From Owenia fusiformis (lineage: Eukaryota): a DNA stretch of 64,000 bases. Shown one piece after another: positions 40,101-49,619 of the stretch. Positions within the stretch are counted from its first letter, which is position 1, and each line of letters begins with the position of its first letter. The notes under the pieces were generated by a model. The model searched no databases. It was not told where the DNA came from and saw only the letters and a program-made list of their open reading frames with translations. The translations under genes and the position numbers were made by a program. The stretch is from NCBI GenBank assembly GCA_903813345.2, contig CAIIXF020000001.1:24118001-24182000 (forward strand), given 5' to 3'.

Positions 40101-43100
40101 CGTCCCTCGCAATGGTCGCACTGCTTGCATGGCACCCGGGACATGAGGTCTGCATTCTGGTGCTTTGGTCCTGGTCGGTACTCCGTCTCAAATTGGAACT
40201 CTTGCAAGCTCTGTATCCATCTGGCTAACTGACCTTCTGGCTCTTTGAAGTTTACCAACCATCTCAAAGAGCTATGGTCAGTTCGCAGCAAAAACATCAC
40301 TCCATACAGAAACTGCTTGAAATAACGAGTATAATTGACGACAGCTAACAGTTCACGTCTTGTCACACAATAATTTCGTTCATGTCGATTCAATCTCTTG
40401 CTGGCATAGAATAACACCTTCTCCTCACCTTCTTGGATCTGCGAGAGTACTGCTCCTATAGCCTCAAGACTGGCGTCTGTATCCAATATGTATTTGCATC
40501 CCTCCTTTGGATAACCCATCACTGGAGCGCTCATGAGTTTCTCCTTTAATGTTTTAAACGCCTCCTCGCAGTGTTCATTCCAATGGAAAATGACATTCTT
40601 CTTTGTCAGTTCATGAAGTGGGCCTGCAATCATTGCGAAGTCCTTAATATGTCGTCTGTAATAGGAAACTCCGCCTATAAATTGACGCACTTGTTTGACA
40701 CTTTTTGGGGCTGGATACTCTGCTATCTGCTTAACCTTTTCTGGATTCGGAGTAACTCCCTCACGCGAGACCACGTGTCCCAGAAACTCAACTTCTTTGC
40801 GGAAAAGAGTACACTTAGATGGCTTCAGTCGAAGTCCAGCCTCCCTCAACCTTTCAAAAATTTCCTGCAGTCTCTCTACAGCCATCTCGAAGCTACTCCC
40901 AAAGGAGATGACGTCGTCCAAATATACGAGTGAGGTCTTAAGAGTCAGTCCCCGTAAGACTCTCTCCATGAGCCTACAGAAGGTAGATGGGGCTCCAGTC
41001 AAGCCAAATGGCATCACCACCCACTGGTATTGTCCACCTCTGACAGAAAAGGCTGTCTTCTCCCGATCTTTAGGATCTACCGGTACTTGCCAATAGCCGC
41101 TACATAAATCTAAGGTGGAGTAGAATTCGCTGTTTCCCATCAGGTCCAATGTCTCAGCAATGTTAGGAATTGGGAATGCATCCTTCTCGGTCACCTGATT
41201 TAAGCGCCGGTAGTCAACACAAAATCTCCACTTTCCGCCTTTCTTCTGAACCAACACAATAGGCGCTGACCAAGGACTCTGACTGTTTTCTATTATTCCT
41301 CGCTGCAACAAGTCTTTAACCTGTTTGTCCACCTCTAACTGTCGACCAGGAGGTAGACGCCGATATGACTGCTTAATCGGTTTGGCATCCCCCGTTGGAA
41401 TTCTGTGTTCAGTCCACTCAGTCCGGCCAAGATCAGCATCAGATGACGCAAAAATATCAGCGTTTTGTAATAATAGTCTTCTTACTGCAGTACCTTGTTG
41501 ATTACTCAGACCCTGAGTACTTCGCAAGAGTAAATCCTCTAAATACTCTGGAAAGGTCTCTTGCGGAGAGTACTCCTCATGTGAACACTGCTCTTCCCCG
41601 ATCTGCTCTTTACATCTCCCCGAGTAATCCTGTTCATCCTGACGAACTTTAAAGTCGGCCACTGGGGAAGTCTTGCTCGTATCGCCCTCTGTCATAGTTG
41701 GACTCAAATCTTGATTTTCTTCTCTCACCCATGAAATGTTGTGTAGATTTTCCTCTTCCTGGGATATGCAATACACCTTTCCAGTACATGGAGTAGCTAC
41801 TCCCACTATACTCCCTTTTGTTAACTCCAGAGGAAGAGCAGATAAATTCCAAATCTCTGCAAAGCTGCTTCCATCGTTAATGGTAGTTAAGGTTGTAGCT
41901 AGTTCAAAAGCCTGGCTGGATCGCTTAAAATTAAAGTTGTTATCAATCAGGACTTCGTCGGTGCTCCCTGAGCAGTCAACCTCAATATCCACCAGTTTTC
42001 CACAGTAAGGCGAAATCACAACATCCTCTGCTATATGGCAGAGCCACTCCTGAGACAGCTCCTCCTTCTTGTGAGATGCACTGGAATACTGCTCAGATGA
42101 CTCGCCTCTCTCACAGGGCTCTGCACTTCCACTCCTTGGTGAGTCTCCTCTTTGTAGGTGAATATCTTTATTACTCTTTGGCGCTTTGGTCCCTTCGCCT
42201 AGTAGTTGTTCAGCTGGAGTAGTCTTTTCTTCCTCTATTGGCGGTAACCCCAGTGCCCAGGAAACTTTACTCTTTAAAAGGCCATCCATCTTTTGTAGTT
42301 CTTTTGCTCTTCTCTGTGAATTGGGCATCGTTGTATCAAACTTTGCAAGTTTACTCCCTGACGGACCGGAGACACCATGCTGTTGTAGTCTCTCTCTTTT
42401 CCGCAATCTCTTGTGTGTTGTGACTTTGCTCCCTTGGACTGGGTCTCCATCTGGTGACTTACAATCAGGAGTTAACTCTGATGTCGGACTAGACCTTGAC
42501 TCTTTACTCCCTGAAGCCTTGCTCCTAACTGAGCTATTCCTAAAGGTATTACACTGTTCCCTACTTCTCGGAATTTGGTCTACTGGAGTAAACTTCTCCT
42601 TCACATACTCTTCAGACTGGGAGCTCTTGTAGATTCTTGACTCTTGGTACAGAGTATTTTTACTCTCAAGCTCAGCTCCCTGAGTAACTCCTACTCCCCG
42701 CTCTGGATCTTGATTACTCCTACTCAGTTCACTCTCTAGGTGATTGTCTTTGAACCTAAATGCCTTGTTCTTGCTCAAACACAGCTCATCAACTGGGATG
42801 CCTTCTCCTTGCCCGGAGGAATTGGTCAGCTTTTCATAACATTGATCCTCTTCAATTTGCTCCTTCTCTAGCGCTGAAGTATTCCCCTCATCTTCCTGGC
42901 TACTCTCCTCAATTCCTGACTCTTTGTAAAATTCCTCCCCCGGATCTGTGTCGTCTTCATCCACATTTCGATCAAATGTTGTCTTCCTGGTCCCCTTTTC
43001 TCCAACTTCCTCTCTAGTTGGTCTAAGTGAGGTAGAGTTAGCAGTACATTGTATTGATTCCTCATCTGTTTTTCCAACTTCGTTGTCTTCCTCAGGGTTC

Positions 43101-45577
43101 TGGAAGTGCATCTTTAGGTCAGCATAGTCAATGATTGCTCTACTGGCAGATAAATACTCAGAGCCGAGAATCCCATCTTGAGCAATATCAGCCACCACAA
43201 TGTTCATTGGAGTATTCTTGCCATCCAACTCAATGTCACATGTTAACATGCCATAAATAGCTAGATGCGACCCATCTGCCTGGGTAAAGAGTCGAGTAGA
43301 TGGCCTCAGAGAAGGACGACGTCTCCTTGGGATTCGGTTATAGCAATCTCGCCCTAACATTGTGCTCACAGCTCCTGAGTCGACAAGGAATTCCATTTTG
43401 GTTCCACAGATGTACACTTCAGCCATAATTTTCCGAACCAGCTCCTCACTGTTCTCCCCAGTCACCTCCTCGTCCCTATCCGCCATGAACCTCACAGGAC
43501 TCATTGAATTTGTGTTGTCTGTTCTTGGTGAGTTTTTCTCTCTTCTTGGTTTCTCTGGCAATGGACAGTCGTATGATAAGTGACCTGGTTTGTTACAATT
43601 GTAGCAAGTCAACGTGGGACACCGCCTCACTATATGTCCCTCCTCTCCACATTTTTTACATGTGGGTAACCGTTTTGATGAAGACCCGCTGTTTGTGATT
43701 TCAGCTACCCTTTTACTTATTTCTTCCATCTTTTTCTGCATCTGCTGGAGTTTAACGCTGACATCGTTACCCTCTTCCACTTGTAGGACTTTATGATCTC
43801 TTTTTGGTTTAAGACCCCTCCGTATCCTCTCCGATTCCTGGTAACTTTCCTCTTTTAAAGCTACTTCGATAGCTTTATCAAGAGAATCTGGGTCTTTCCT
43901 ATGAATTGCCTGTCTTAAGTCATCGTCTGGTATTGCTTGTTCGAAACTTCTTCTGGCCAGCCGGTCTTGAGCATTCCTACTCATCTCTGGGTAAGCCAGT
44001 GAAGTCAAACGTCGGATACTCTGACCTAAACTCTGAAGGGATTCTTTTGGCCTCCGGGTGCGACTGCACAGTTCAGCCTCATAGACATCCGCCTTCCCTC
44101 CCGGGCCAAACCTCTTTTCTAATGCCAGGAGTAAATCTTCATAGGAGTATCCTTCATCCAGCTCCAGGACCAACTGTTGGGCATCTCCTCTGAGGTTTGT
44201 TGCCAGGTATTGTCTCTTTTCTTGTGGAGACCAACCATTGTTCTCCACACAAGTAGCGAAGTAGGCCCTGTAATCCTTCCAAGGAGTACTGCCATCAAAT
44301 GTCTGTGTGGGCTTGATTCTTGTTCGGGTAGTAGGACTCTTGTTGGACTCTATCAATTTTGAACACATGTCCACCATCTTGGCCATGAGCATCGAGTTTG
44401 ACTCCTCTTGTACAAGCCTACTTGGCTGGGAATTTTCCTGCACTCCTGTAGGTCGTCTTCCTTCAGATTCACCCTCATCAAGGCCAGGTGCATAACCTGT
44501 CAGACCGTCTTTTTTCTTTCCATCAAGGCGTCCAAGATAGGACTCTGCAGAGTGCGGTTGGGAAGGGCCTTTACTCCTTTGCAAGTTACTGTTGCCAAGC
44601 TCGCTTGCTCCATAAAAGTCTGTACTCTTGGATAGCTGCCCTTGGGGAGTTGGTTCTGAACTCCTGTGTCTTTCTTCCCGGAGTAGGGGAGTAGGCTGTA
44701 ATAGCCTTTCCTGTAGTTCTGGGGCACTTTGACCATCTTTCCCGGATAATGGCCATCTATTACCCCCCATCTTTGCATCTGGTGCCCATGCCCGTCCAAG
44801 ATGTGATGCTAACTCTTTCCCACTGTATCCATCTTGTCTCTGTAGTGATGGTTTCTTTGTATAGATCCCAGAGCACACTTCTCCATAGGCCTGTGAACTG
44901 ACTCTACTCTTTTGCTCTGGCTCCAAGTTTGCAGTCCCCATATTTCTGCTACTCATCATTTGCTCCTTCTCCAAGTTTTCGGGAGTCACGCGACTGTCAT
45001 CTTGAGCAGCAGGGAGGCGCTGTACTATCTCAGACAGGAAACCCTTGAATTCTTGTTGAGCCTCTTGATGAGTTGTATTCAGCTTCTCTATCTGTTTTTG
45101 TATCTCCCCTTTACTCAAATGTACTTCTCTTCGAAGGTCTTCCTGCCCCGAGTACACTTCTCTTCTCAGGTCTTCATACATAGTTTTGTTCTGCAGCGCT
45201 TGTGCCTTCATCTGGCTGCTGAACACAGAGATCTGGAGTTGCTGACTCTGTAACTCCTGATCCATGGGCATGGTGACCCCAGGAGATCTTCCCTCCAGCA
45301 CAGTCGAAGTTAAAGGAAAGCCTCTCGATGGCGTCATCCCATACCCTACTCCTGGTACCATATAACCCGTCTTGGACCTTGCTCCTTCGGGATTTTCTTC
45401 CACTTCTCTTGTAGAATCTACTCCACACATCCCTGGCACTGTATCATCTAGCTCCATGTTCACTTGGGTGTAGTCCCCCTTGAAGAACACAGTGTTGTCC
45501 GCAGACTCATCTTCCTGTTGTCCTCCTTCCATCCTGGAGACTATACCATCAGGGCCTTCTTCTTGTCTAGAAGCCAT
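37112..45577 (-). CDS. Single-frame Gag-Pol polyprotein, 2821 aa: Gag with 2 CCHC knuckles, aspartic protease, RT, RNase H, integrase, and a C-terminal RS/C2H2 extension
   Basis: Knuckles CKKCGEEGHIVRRC and CYNCNKPGHLSYDC (~43565-43660); protease FLVDSGA (~43375); RT LVYLDD (~40913-40924); RNase H LDTDAS; integrase H..H..C..C, DVLGPF/SDQG/ERFN core and WVGPF (GPY/F) motif; C2H2 CSLC..H..H (~37553-37618). No internal stops or frameshifts. Confidence 0.97.
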   Translation of the reverse strand: MASRQEEGPDGIVSRMEGGQQEDESADNTVFFKGDYTQVNMELDDTVPGMCGVDSTREVEENPEGARSKTGYMVPGVGYGMTPSRGFPLTSTVLEGRSPGVTMPMDQELQSQQLQISVFSSQMKAQALQNKTMYEDLRREVYSGQEDLRREVHLSKGEIQKQIEKLNTTHQEAQQEFKGFLSEIVQRLPAAQDDSRVTPENLEKEQMMSSRNMGTANLEPEQKSRVSSQAYGEVCSGIYTKKPSLQRQDGYSGKELASHLGRAWAPDAKMGGNRWPLSGKDGQSAPELQERLLQPTPLLREERHRSSEPTPQGQLSKSTDFYGASELGNSNLQRSKGPSQPHSAESYLGRLDGKKKDGLTGYAPGLDEGESEGRRPTGVQENSQPSRLVQEESNSMLMAKMVDMCSKLIESNKSPTTRTRIKPTQTFDGSTPWKDYRAYFATCVENNGWSPQEKRQYLATNLRGDAQQLVLELDEGYSYEDLLLALEKRFGPGGKADVYEAELCSRTRRPKESLQSLGQSIRRLTSLAYPEMSRNAQDRLARRSFEQAIPDDDLRQAIHRKDPDSLDKAIEVALKEESYQESERIRRGLKPKRDHKVLQVEEGNDVSVKLQQMQKKMEEISKRVAEITNSGSSSKRLPTCKKCGEEGHIVRRCPTLTCYNCNKPGHLSYDCPLPEKPRREKNSPRTDNTNSMSPVRFMADRDEEVTGENSEELVRKIMAEVYICGTKMEFLVDSGAVSTMLGRDCYNRIPRRRRPSLRPSTRLFTQADGSHLAIYGMLTCDIELDGKNTPMNIVVADIAQDGILGSEYLSASRAIIDYADLKMHFQNPEEDNEVGKTDEESIQCTANSTSLRPTREEVGEKGTRKTTFDRNVDEDDTDPGEEFYKESGIEESSQEDEGNTSALEKEQIEEDQCYEKLTNSSGQGEGIPVDELCLSKNKAFRFKDNHLESELSRSNQDPERGVGVTQGAELESKNTLYQESRIYKSSQSEEYVKEKFTPVDQIPRSREQCNTFRNSSVRSKASGSKESRSSPTSELTPDCKSPDGDPVQGSKVTTHKRLRKRERLQQHGVSGPSGSKLAKFDTTMPNSQRRAKELQKMDGLLKSKVSWALGLPPIEEEKTTPAEQLLGEGTKAPKSNKDIHLQRGDSPRSGSAEPCERGESSEQYSSASHKKEELSQEWLCHIAEDVVISPYCGKLVDIEVDCSGSTDEVLIDNNFNFKRSSQAFELATTLTTINDGSSFAEIWNLSALPLELTKGSIVGVATPCTGKVYCISQEEENLHNISWVREENQDLSPTMTEGDTSKTSPVADFKVRQDEQDYSGRCKEQIGEEQCSHEEYSPQETFPEYLEDLLLRSTQGLSNQQGTAVRRLLLQNADIFASSDADLGRTEWTEHRIPTGDAKPIKQSYRRLPPGRQLEVDKQVKDLLQRGIIENSQSPWSAPIVLVQKKGGKWRFCVDYRRLNQVTEKDAFPIPNIAETLDLMGNSEFYSTLDLCSGYWQVPVDPKDREKTAFSVRGGQYQWVVMPFGLTGAPSTFCRLMERVLRGLTLKTSLVYLDDVISFGSSFEMAVERLQEIFERLREAGLRLKPSKCTLFRKEVEFLGHVVSREGVTPNPEKVKQIAEYPAPKSVKQVRQFIGGVSYYRRHIKDFAMIAGPLHELTKKNVIFHWNEHCEEAFKTLKEKLMSAPVMGYPKEGCKYILDTDASLEAIGAVLSQIQEGEEKVLFYASKRLNRHERNYCVTRRELLAVVNYTRYFKQFLYGVMFLLRTDHSSLRWLVNFKEPEGQLARWIQSLQEFQFETEYRPGPKHQNADLMSRVPCKQCDHCEGRCVEEQIEEQSEDDILTVSLEQEWTLEDIGVAQREDRDLTQIINSLEENKEKPSWEDISSKSPTVKKLWIQWSRLQLQSGVLCRVWEEEDGSITRLQVVTPGVLKPRVLDLGHSSPTAGHHGVKRTLERCRRAFYWPNLSADVRSYCRTCEICESRKNPPRRKKAPLQQLRVGAPMERWGIDVLGPFPETPRGNKLLLVCSDYFSKWPEVFPLPDQTAVTVANKLVGEICSRWGVPKELHSDQGRNFESEVFQEVCQLMGIDKTRTTPFHPQSNGLVERFNHTLVDNITKLLAPTYCQDDWDLKVPLALMAYRSSVHKATGETPSMMMMGREMKASLERMIAVPETSELATDHALVLRRCLEEVHEKARDVLELAVSRQRLDYNRKVDEELYPVGSAVWLMNKTRRKGRSPKLQPRWVGPFQVVSQLSPVTYRIREKGTGKPRIVHFNLLKPFHCALPKKWPRVDEIVRDKPVLSSDPLRDLTMPEDDKRCGEEHKPDKDTNFDAKDELPNQEELESPPPMEAPEGPNDHLKEEPEEKCSDPTWLNEEKPIKHGEELKDGFRDKLQDQAPPCLKKVPVRKLVKTEKAGGKRERCPKIEPLQNESKGGVLPKRQKKQPSRYNDFVLFAVDEMARSRSRSRRRREQSRDRKAHHKHAEEKKSEHVSRKDEPTRRRVVIEKPPSRDRSPKRQEREKPPNRDRSPKRQERKLGVHPFGKMIAATKNYVKSEIKAVASSKGDSKKKRLDTHKSPDSHVKRSDQTLSSSHHKTGTSGSTGFSTKSTSGTDHRDGLDSSHNFQERMTSAVNLISSISCPTAESAKVGPETDTSHVCSLCAQVFTRKFNLQRHMRHLHGIDTTSLGEEPKVPFFPLTPNLEEEVDDSPVEQDHETPTSEADGESGDGKASTREHKDGLAEDHYSSDTDQDGRQEREVEGESPPITLDIPEENKSEPKGKETSTKSQASVPSATARSPEVRTIGTQTHGPSFAPNVYVHVDQVYF

Positions 45578-45614
45578 TTTCTTCTCTTAAGTCTTCGTTC
45601 CCCGTCAGCAAATA

Positions 45615-45632
45615 ATCCCACCGCTGCCACCA
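45615..45632 (-). promoter_or_regulatory. Primer-binding site, tRNA-Leu (AAG/TAG type)
   Basis: Minus strand TGGTGGCAGCGGTGGGAT begins 1 nt after the LTR end. It is complementary to the tRNA-Leu 3' end ...ATCCCACCGCTGCCA-CCA. Confidence 0.9.
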
Positions 45633-45633
45633 A

Positions 45634-48600
45634 TGTCGGACCTGGCCAAAATCTGGTAGTGTGGTTGTGGTCGGGTCACGAACAATTTATTTAATATGGG
45701 ATTCTCACTGGTTTTATGTGGGCGCAGACCTGGTTTGGTGGTACTGCTTTCACTGAAAGGGGAGGTGGTTACACATTTATATACAAAATTCAAATATATA
45801 GGTTTTTTATAATTTATTAACACTTTAATTTTGAAAACAAATAAAACACAAATGTCCATGTAATAAATATCTCTGAGTTGTCTTGTTGCTCTTCTCTTGT
45901 TTGCACTCTGCTCTACTTTTACTCTTCTTCACTCTGCTCAGGGGTTACTCTGCTTTACTCTTCTGTTCTCTGACGTCATTTACTCTGCTTTAGTTTCACT
46001 CTGTTCTGCTCTGGTTACTCTTTATTCCGCTCTGCTCTACTTTACTCTATTCTGCTCTGGTTACTCTTTATTCCGCTCTGCTCTACTTTACTCTGGTCTG
46101 CTCTGGTTATTCTTTATTCCGCTCTGCTCTGCTTTCTCTCTATTCTGTTCTGGTTACTCTTTACTCCTCTCTGCTCTGATTTACTCTGTTCTGCTCAGGT
46201 TACTCTTTACTCCTTTCTGTTCTGTTCTGCTTACTCTTTACTCTGCACTGCTCTGCTTACTCTTTATTCTGTTCTGCTTACTCTTTACTCTGCACTGCTC
46301 TGCTTACTCTTTCCCCTGTTCTGCTCTGCTTACTCTTTATTCTACTCTGCTTACTCTTTACTCCTATCTTCTCTGCTCTGGTTACTCTCTACTCCTATCT
46401 GCTCTGTTCTGCTTTAATCTGTTCTGCTCTGCTTTACTCTTTACTCTACCCTCGTCTCTGCTATTCACTCTGCTTTACTCTTTTCTGCTCCGCTTACTCT
46501 TTACTCTGCACTCCTCTGCTTTACTCTTTACTCTACCCTCGTCTCTGCTATTCACTCTGCTTTACTCTTTTCTGCTCTGGTTACTCTTTATTCCGCTCTG
46601 TTCTGCTTTAAATCTGTTCTGCTCTGCTTACTCTTTACTCTGCACTGCTCTGCTTACTCTTTCCCCTGTTCTGCTCTGCTTACTCTTTATTCTACTCTGC
46701 TTACTCTTTACTCCTATCTTCTCTGCTCTGGTTACTCTCTACTCCTATCTGCTCTGTTCTGCTTTAATCTGTTCTGCTCTGCTTACTCTTTACTCTGCAC
46801 TGCTCTGCTTTACTCTTTACTCTACCCTCGTCTCTGCTATTCACTCTGCTTTACTCTTTTCTGCTCTGCTTACTCTTTACTCTGCACTGCTCTGCTTTAC
46901 TCTTTACTCTACCCTCGTCTCTGCTATTCACTCTGCTTTACTCTTTTCTGCTCTGGTTACTCTTTATTCCGCTCTGTTCTGCTTTAAATCTGTTCTGCTC
47001 TGCTTACTCTTTACTCTGCACTGCTCTGCTTACTCTTTCCCCTGTTCTGCTCTGCTTACTCTTTATTCTACTCTGCTTACTCTTTACTCCTATCTTCTCT
47101 GCTCTGGTTACTCTCTACTCCTATCTGCTCTGTTCTGCTTTAATCTGTTCTGTTCTGCTTTACTCAGGGTTACTCTTCTTCAACCTGGGTTACTCGTCTT
47201 TACTCTTCGCCGCTCTGCTCTACTCAGGGTTACTCTTCTTCAGCCTGGGTTACTCTTCTTTACTCTTCGCCGCTCTGCTCTACTCAGGGTTACTCTTCTT
47301 CAGCCTGGGTTACTCGTCTTTACTCTTCGCCGCTCTGCTCTACTCAGGGTTACTCTTCTTCAGCCTGGGTTACTCTGCTTTACTCTTCGCCGTTCTGCTC
47401 TACTCAGGGTTACTCTTCTTCAGCCTGGGTTACTCTGCTTTACTCTTCGCCGCTCTGCTCTACTCAGGGTTACTCTTCTTCAGCCTGGGTTACTCTGCTT
47501 TACTCTTCGCCGCTCTGCTCTACTCAGGGTTACTCTTCTTCAGCCTGGGTTACTCTGCTTTACTCTTCGCCGCTCTGCTCTACTCAGGTTTACTCTTCTT
47601 CAGCCTGGGTTACTCGTCTTTACTCTTCGCCGCTCTGCTCTACTCAGGGTTACTCTTCTTCAGCCTGGGTTACTCGTCTTTACTCTTCGCCGCTCTGCTC
47701 TACTCAGGGTTACTCTTTACTCTGCACTGCTCTGCTTTCTCTCTATTCTGTTCTGCTTACTCTTTACTCTGCACTGCTCTGCTTACTCTTTATTCTGTTC
47801 TGCTTTACTCAGGGTTACTCTTCTTCAACCTGGGTTACTCTGCTTTACTCTTCGCCGTTCTGCTCTACTCAGGGTTACTCTTCTTCAGCCTGGGTTACTC
47901 TGCTTTACTCTTCGCCGCTCTGCTCTACTCAGGGTTACTCTTCTTCAGCCTGGGTTACTCTGCTTTACTCTTCGCCGCTCTGCTCTACTCAGGGTTACTC
48001 TTCTTCAGCCTGGGTTGTTCAAAACAAGACTAGTAATTCGGGAATATCAATCAAATTATGAGATTAGACCCCAATTACCAGTCCAAAAGGAAATAACTCT
48101 ACTGCTCAACAAAATACTTGCTCCGGATGGAATCAAGAATGTCAATCAAATCCTGAGATTAGATTTGATCCACACACTTCAATGAGGATAAAACTACCGC
48201 TCAAAAATAAGAAAATGCTTGCTTTAAGGAACGAGTAGTTCAAGAATGTCAATCAAATTCTGAGATTAGACTTGAACCACACATGGACCGGAAGTCATCC
48301 AAGATGGCGGAATTGCAAAGGATTGTGGGGAGTGTATGATGCAATCACCAAAATCTCAATGTCAAATCGGAAAAAAAACATCAAATTAACCTTTTGATTG
48401 TATCACAAAAAGGAATTATAGGAATATATCAGCACTTACAAAATCTGGAACATGTTCTTTAGGCGTCTCTAACTGCTAATTCACTCACAGTTCTCCTTGT
48501 TCGCCCACATCACACCATGCCAAATGGTCCTATATCCACGTGTCATGGTATTTTCCGTCACGAAACGATAAATATACTCCAACTAACGCTAATCCACACT

Positions 48601-49619
48601 TGGTTAATCTCCAGACTTCCTCAGATTTATCAGCATCCACAAACACAATAAACATCCAATAATAGAATCAAATTTTCCATTATATTCCCGATTTAGCTTT
48701 AAAAATGATGCTACACATCCTCACACTTTAACATTTAAAGCAAGACTAACATCAGGTGATCAGATTATCTCCTATCTTAACCCACTAATGAGATGCATAA
48801 GGAAGCTATCTGATTGGCTACAGCTGGACTAAGCTGGTGTGTTTACTCCATTTGGTGATGCATTGTGGGAAATCACTATGACAATGTCAATCACAGATCC
48901 TTTAATTGCCGATGACTCATAACCATGTGGCATATTTCTCCTATGGGTTGACCAATTCTAGGACAAGGGTTCCCGCACAAGCAAAGAGTAAGGTTACTCT
49001 TACTCTTACTCCCAGCTTACTCCTTGAGTTTATGGTTACTCCTAAGTTACTCTTTGAGATTTGCACTTACTCTTAGTTTACTCTTTTTATTAGTTTAGGT
49101 TTTTGGGGTTAAACTACCGAAGACCAGGCATAGCACGTAAGCATAATAAGGATGGCACTGTTAGAAGAAAGAGTAAGTTACCCAATCCCCGGAAATATGA
49201 ATTTAAACTATTACAGAAGTAAGGAACGTTATCCCTAATTGTTCCCAGATAATATAAAACATAAATGTATATCAGAAAAATACCCTACTAGGGGGGTCAT
49301 GAAGTTATAACCACAAAGTAATTTGACCTAGATATTCGAAAAAGAAAGTAAACACAACTCGAACGAAAAAAATTCTACTCTGCACGATCATTACATCTAA
49401 ATTCAGGCAAGTTTCTCTTAGATTATCACATAATATTACTCTTGATACTTATATGAATGAAGGGAATATAAAAATAAATGGAAACCTACCAGGAGATCGC
49501 AGGAAAGGAGCCTTTTTTTTAAATTTTGAAATGTCAATTCTCGTGTATTTGAAATTTAAGAACTAGCGCCCTCTAGCGTAGATTAAATTTTGAAAGGTGG
49601 GAAATTCAAATTTCCCACA
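45634..49619 (-). repeat. 5' LTR (3986 bp)
   Basis: Copy of 32636-36621 at offset 12998. Termini TGTGGGA...TCCGACA form an imperfect inverted repeat. Followed by the PBS on the minus strand. Confidence 0.97.
45888..48015. repeat. Same tandem array in the 5' LTR
   Basis: Copy of 32890-35017 at offset 12998. Confidence 0.95.

Larger units (their letters stand above)
32636..49619 (-). mobile_element. Full-length Ty3/Gypsy (Metaviridae) LTR retrotransposon, 16,984 bp
   Basis: Two 3986-bp direct repeats with TG...CA ends, a 4-bp TSD ATAT (32632-32635 and 49620-49623), PBS, PPT, and domain order gag-PR-RT-RH-IN. Confidence 0.98.

Noticed and set aside
37189-45428. Many short ORFs overlapping gag-pol on both strands
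   Set aside because: Shadow frames of the polyprotein with no domain motifs.
45614-45632. tRNA-Leu gene
   Set aside because: Only the 3'-terminal 18-19 nt including CCA match, which identifies it as the retrotransposon PBS.
45897-48185. 762-aa plus-strand ORF as a real gene (env-like membrane protein)
   Set aside because: It is a translation of a low-complexity array, has no ATG start and no recognisable domain, and is duplicated only because it lies in the LTR.
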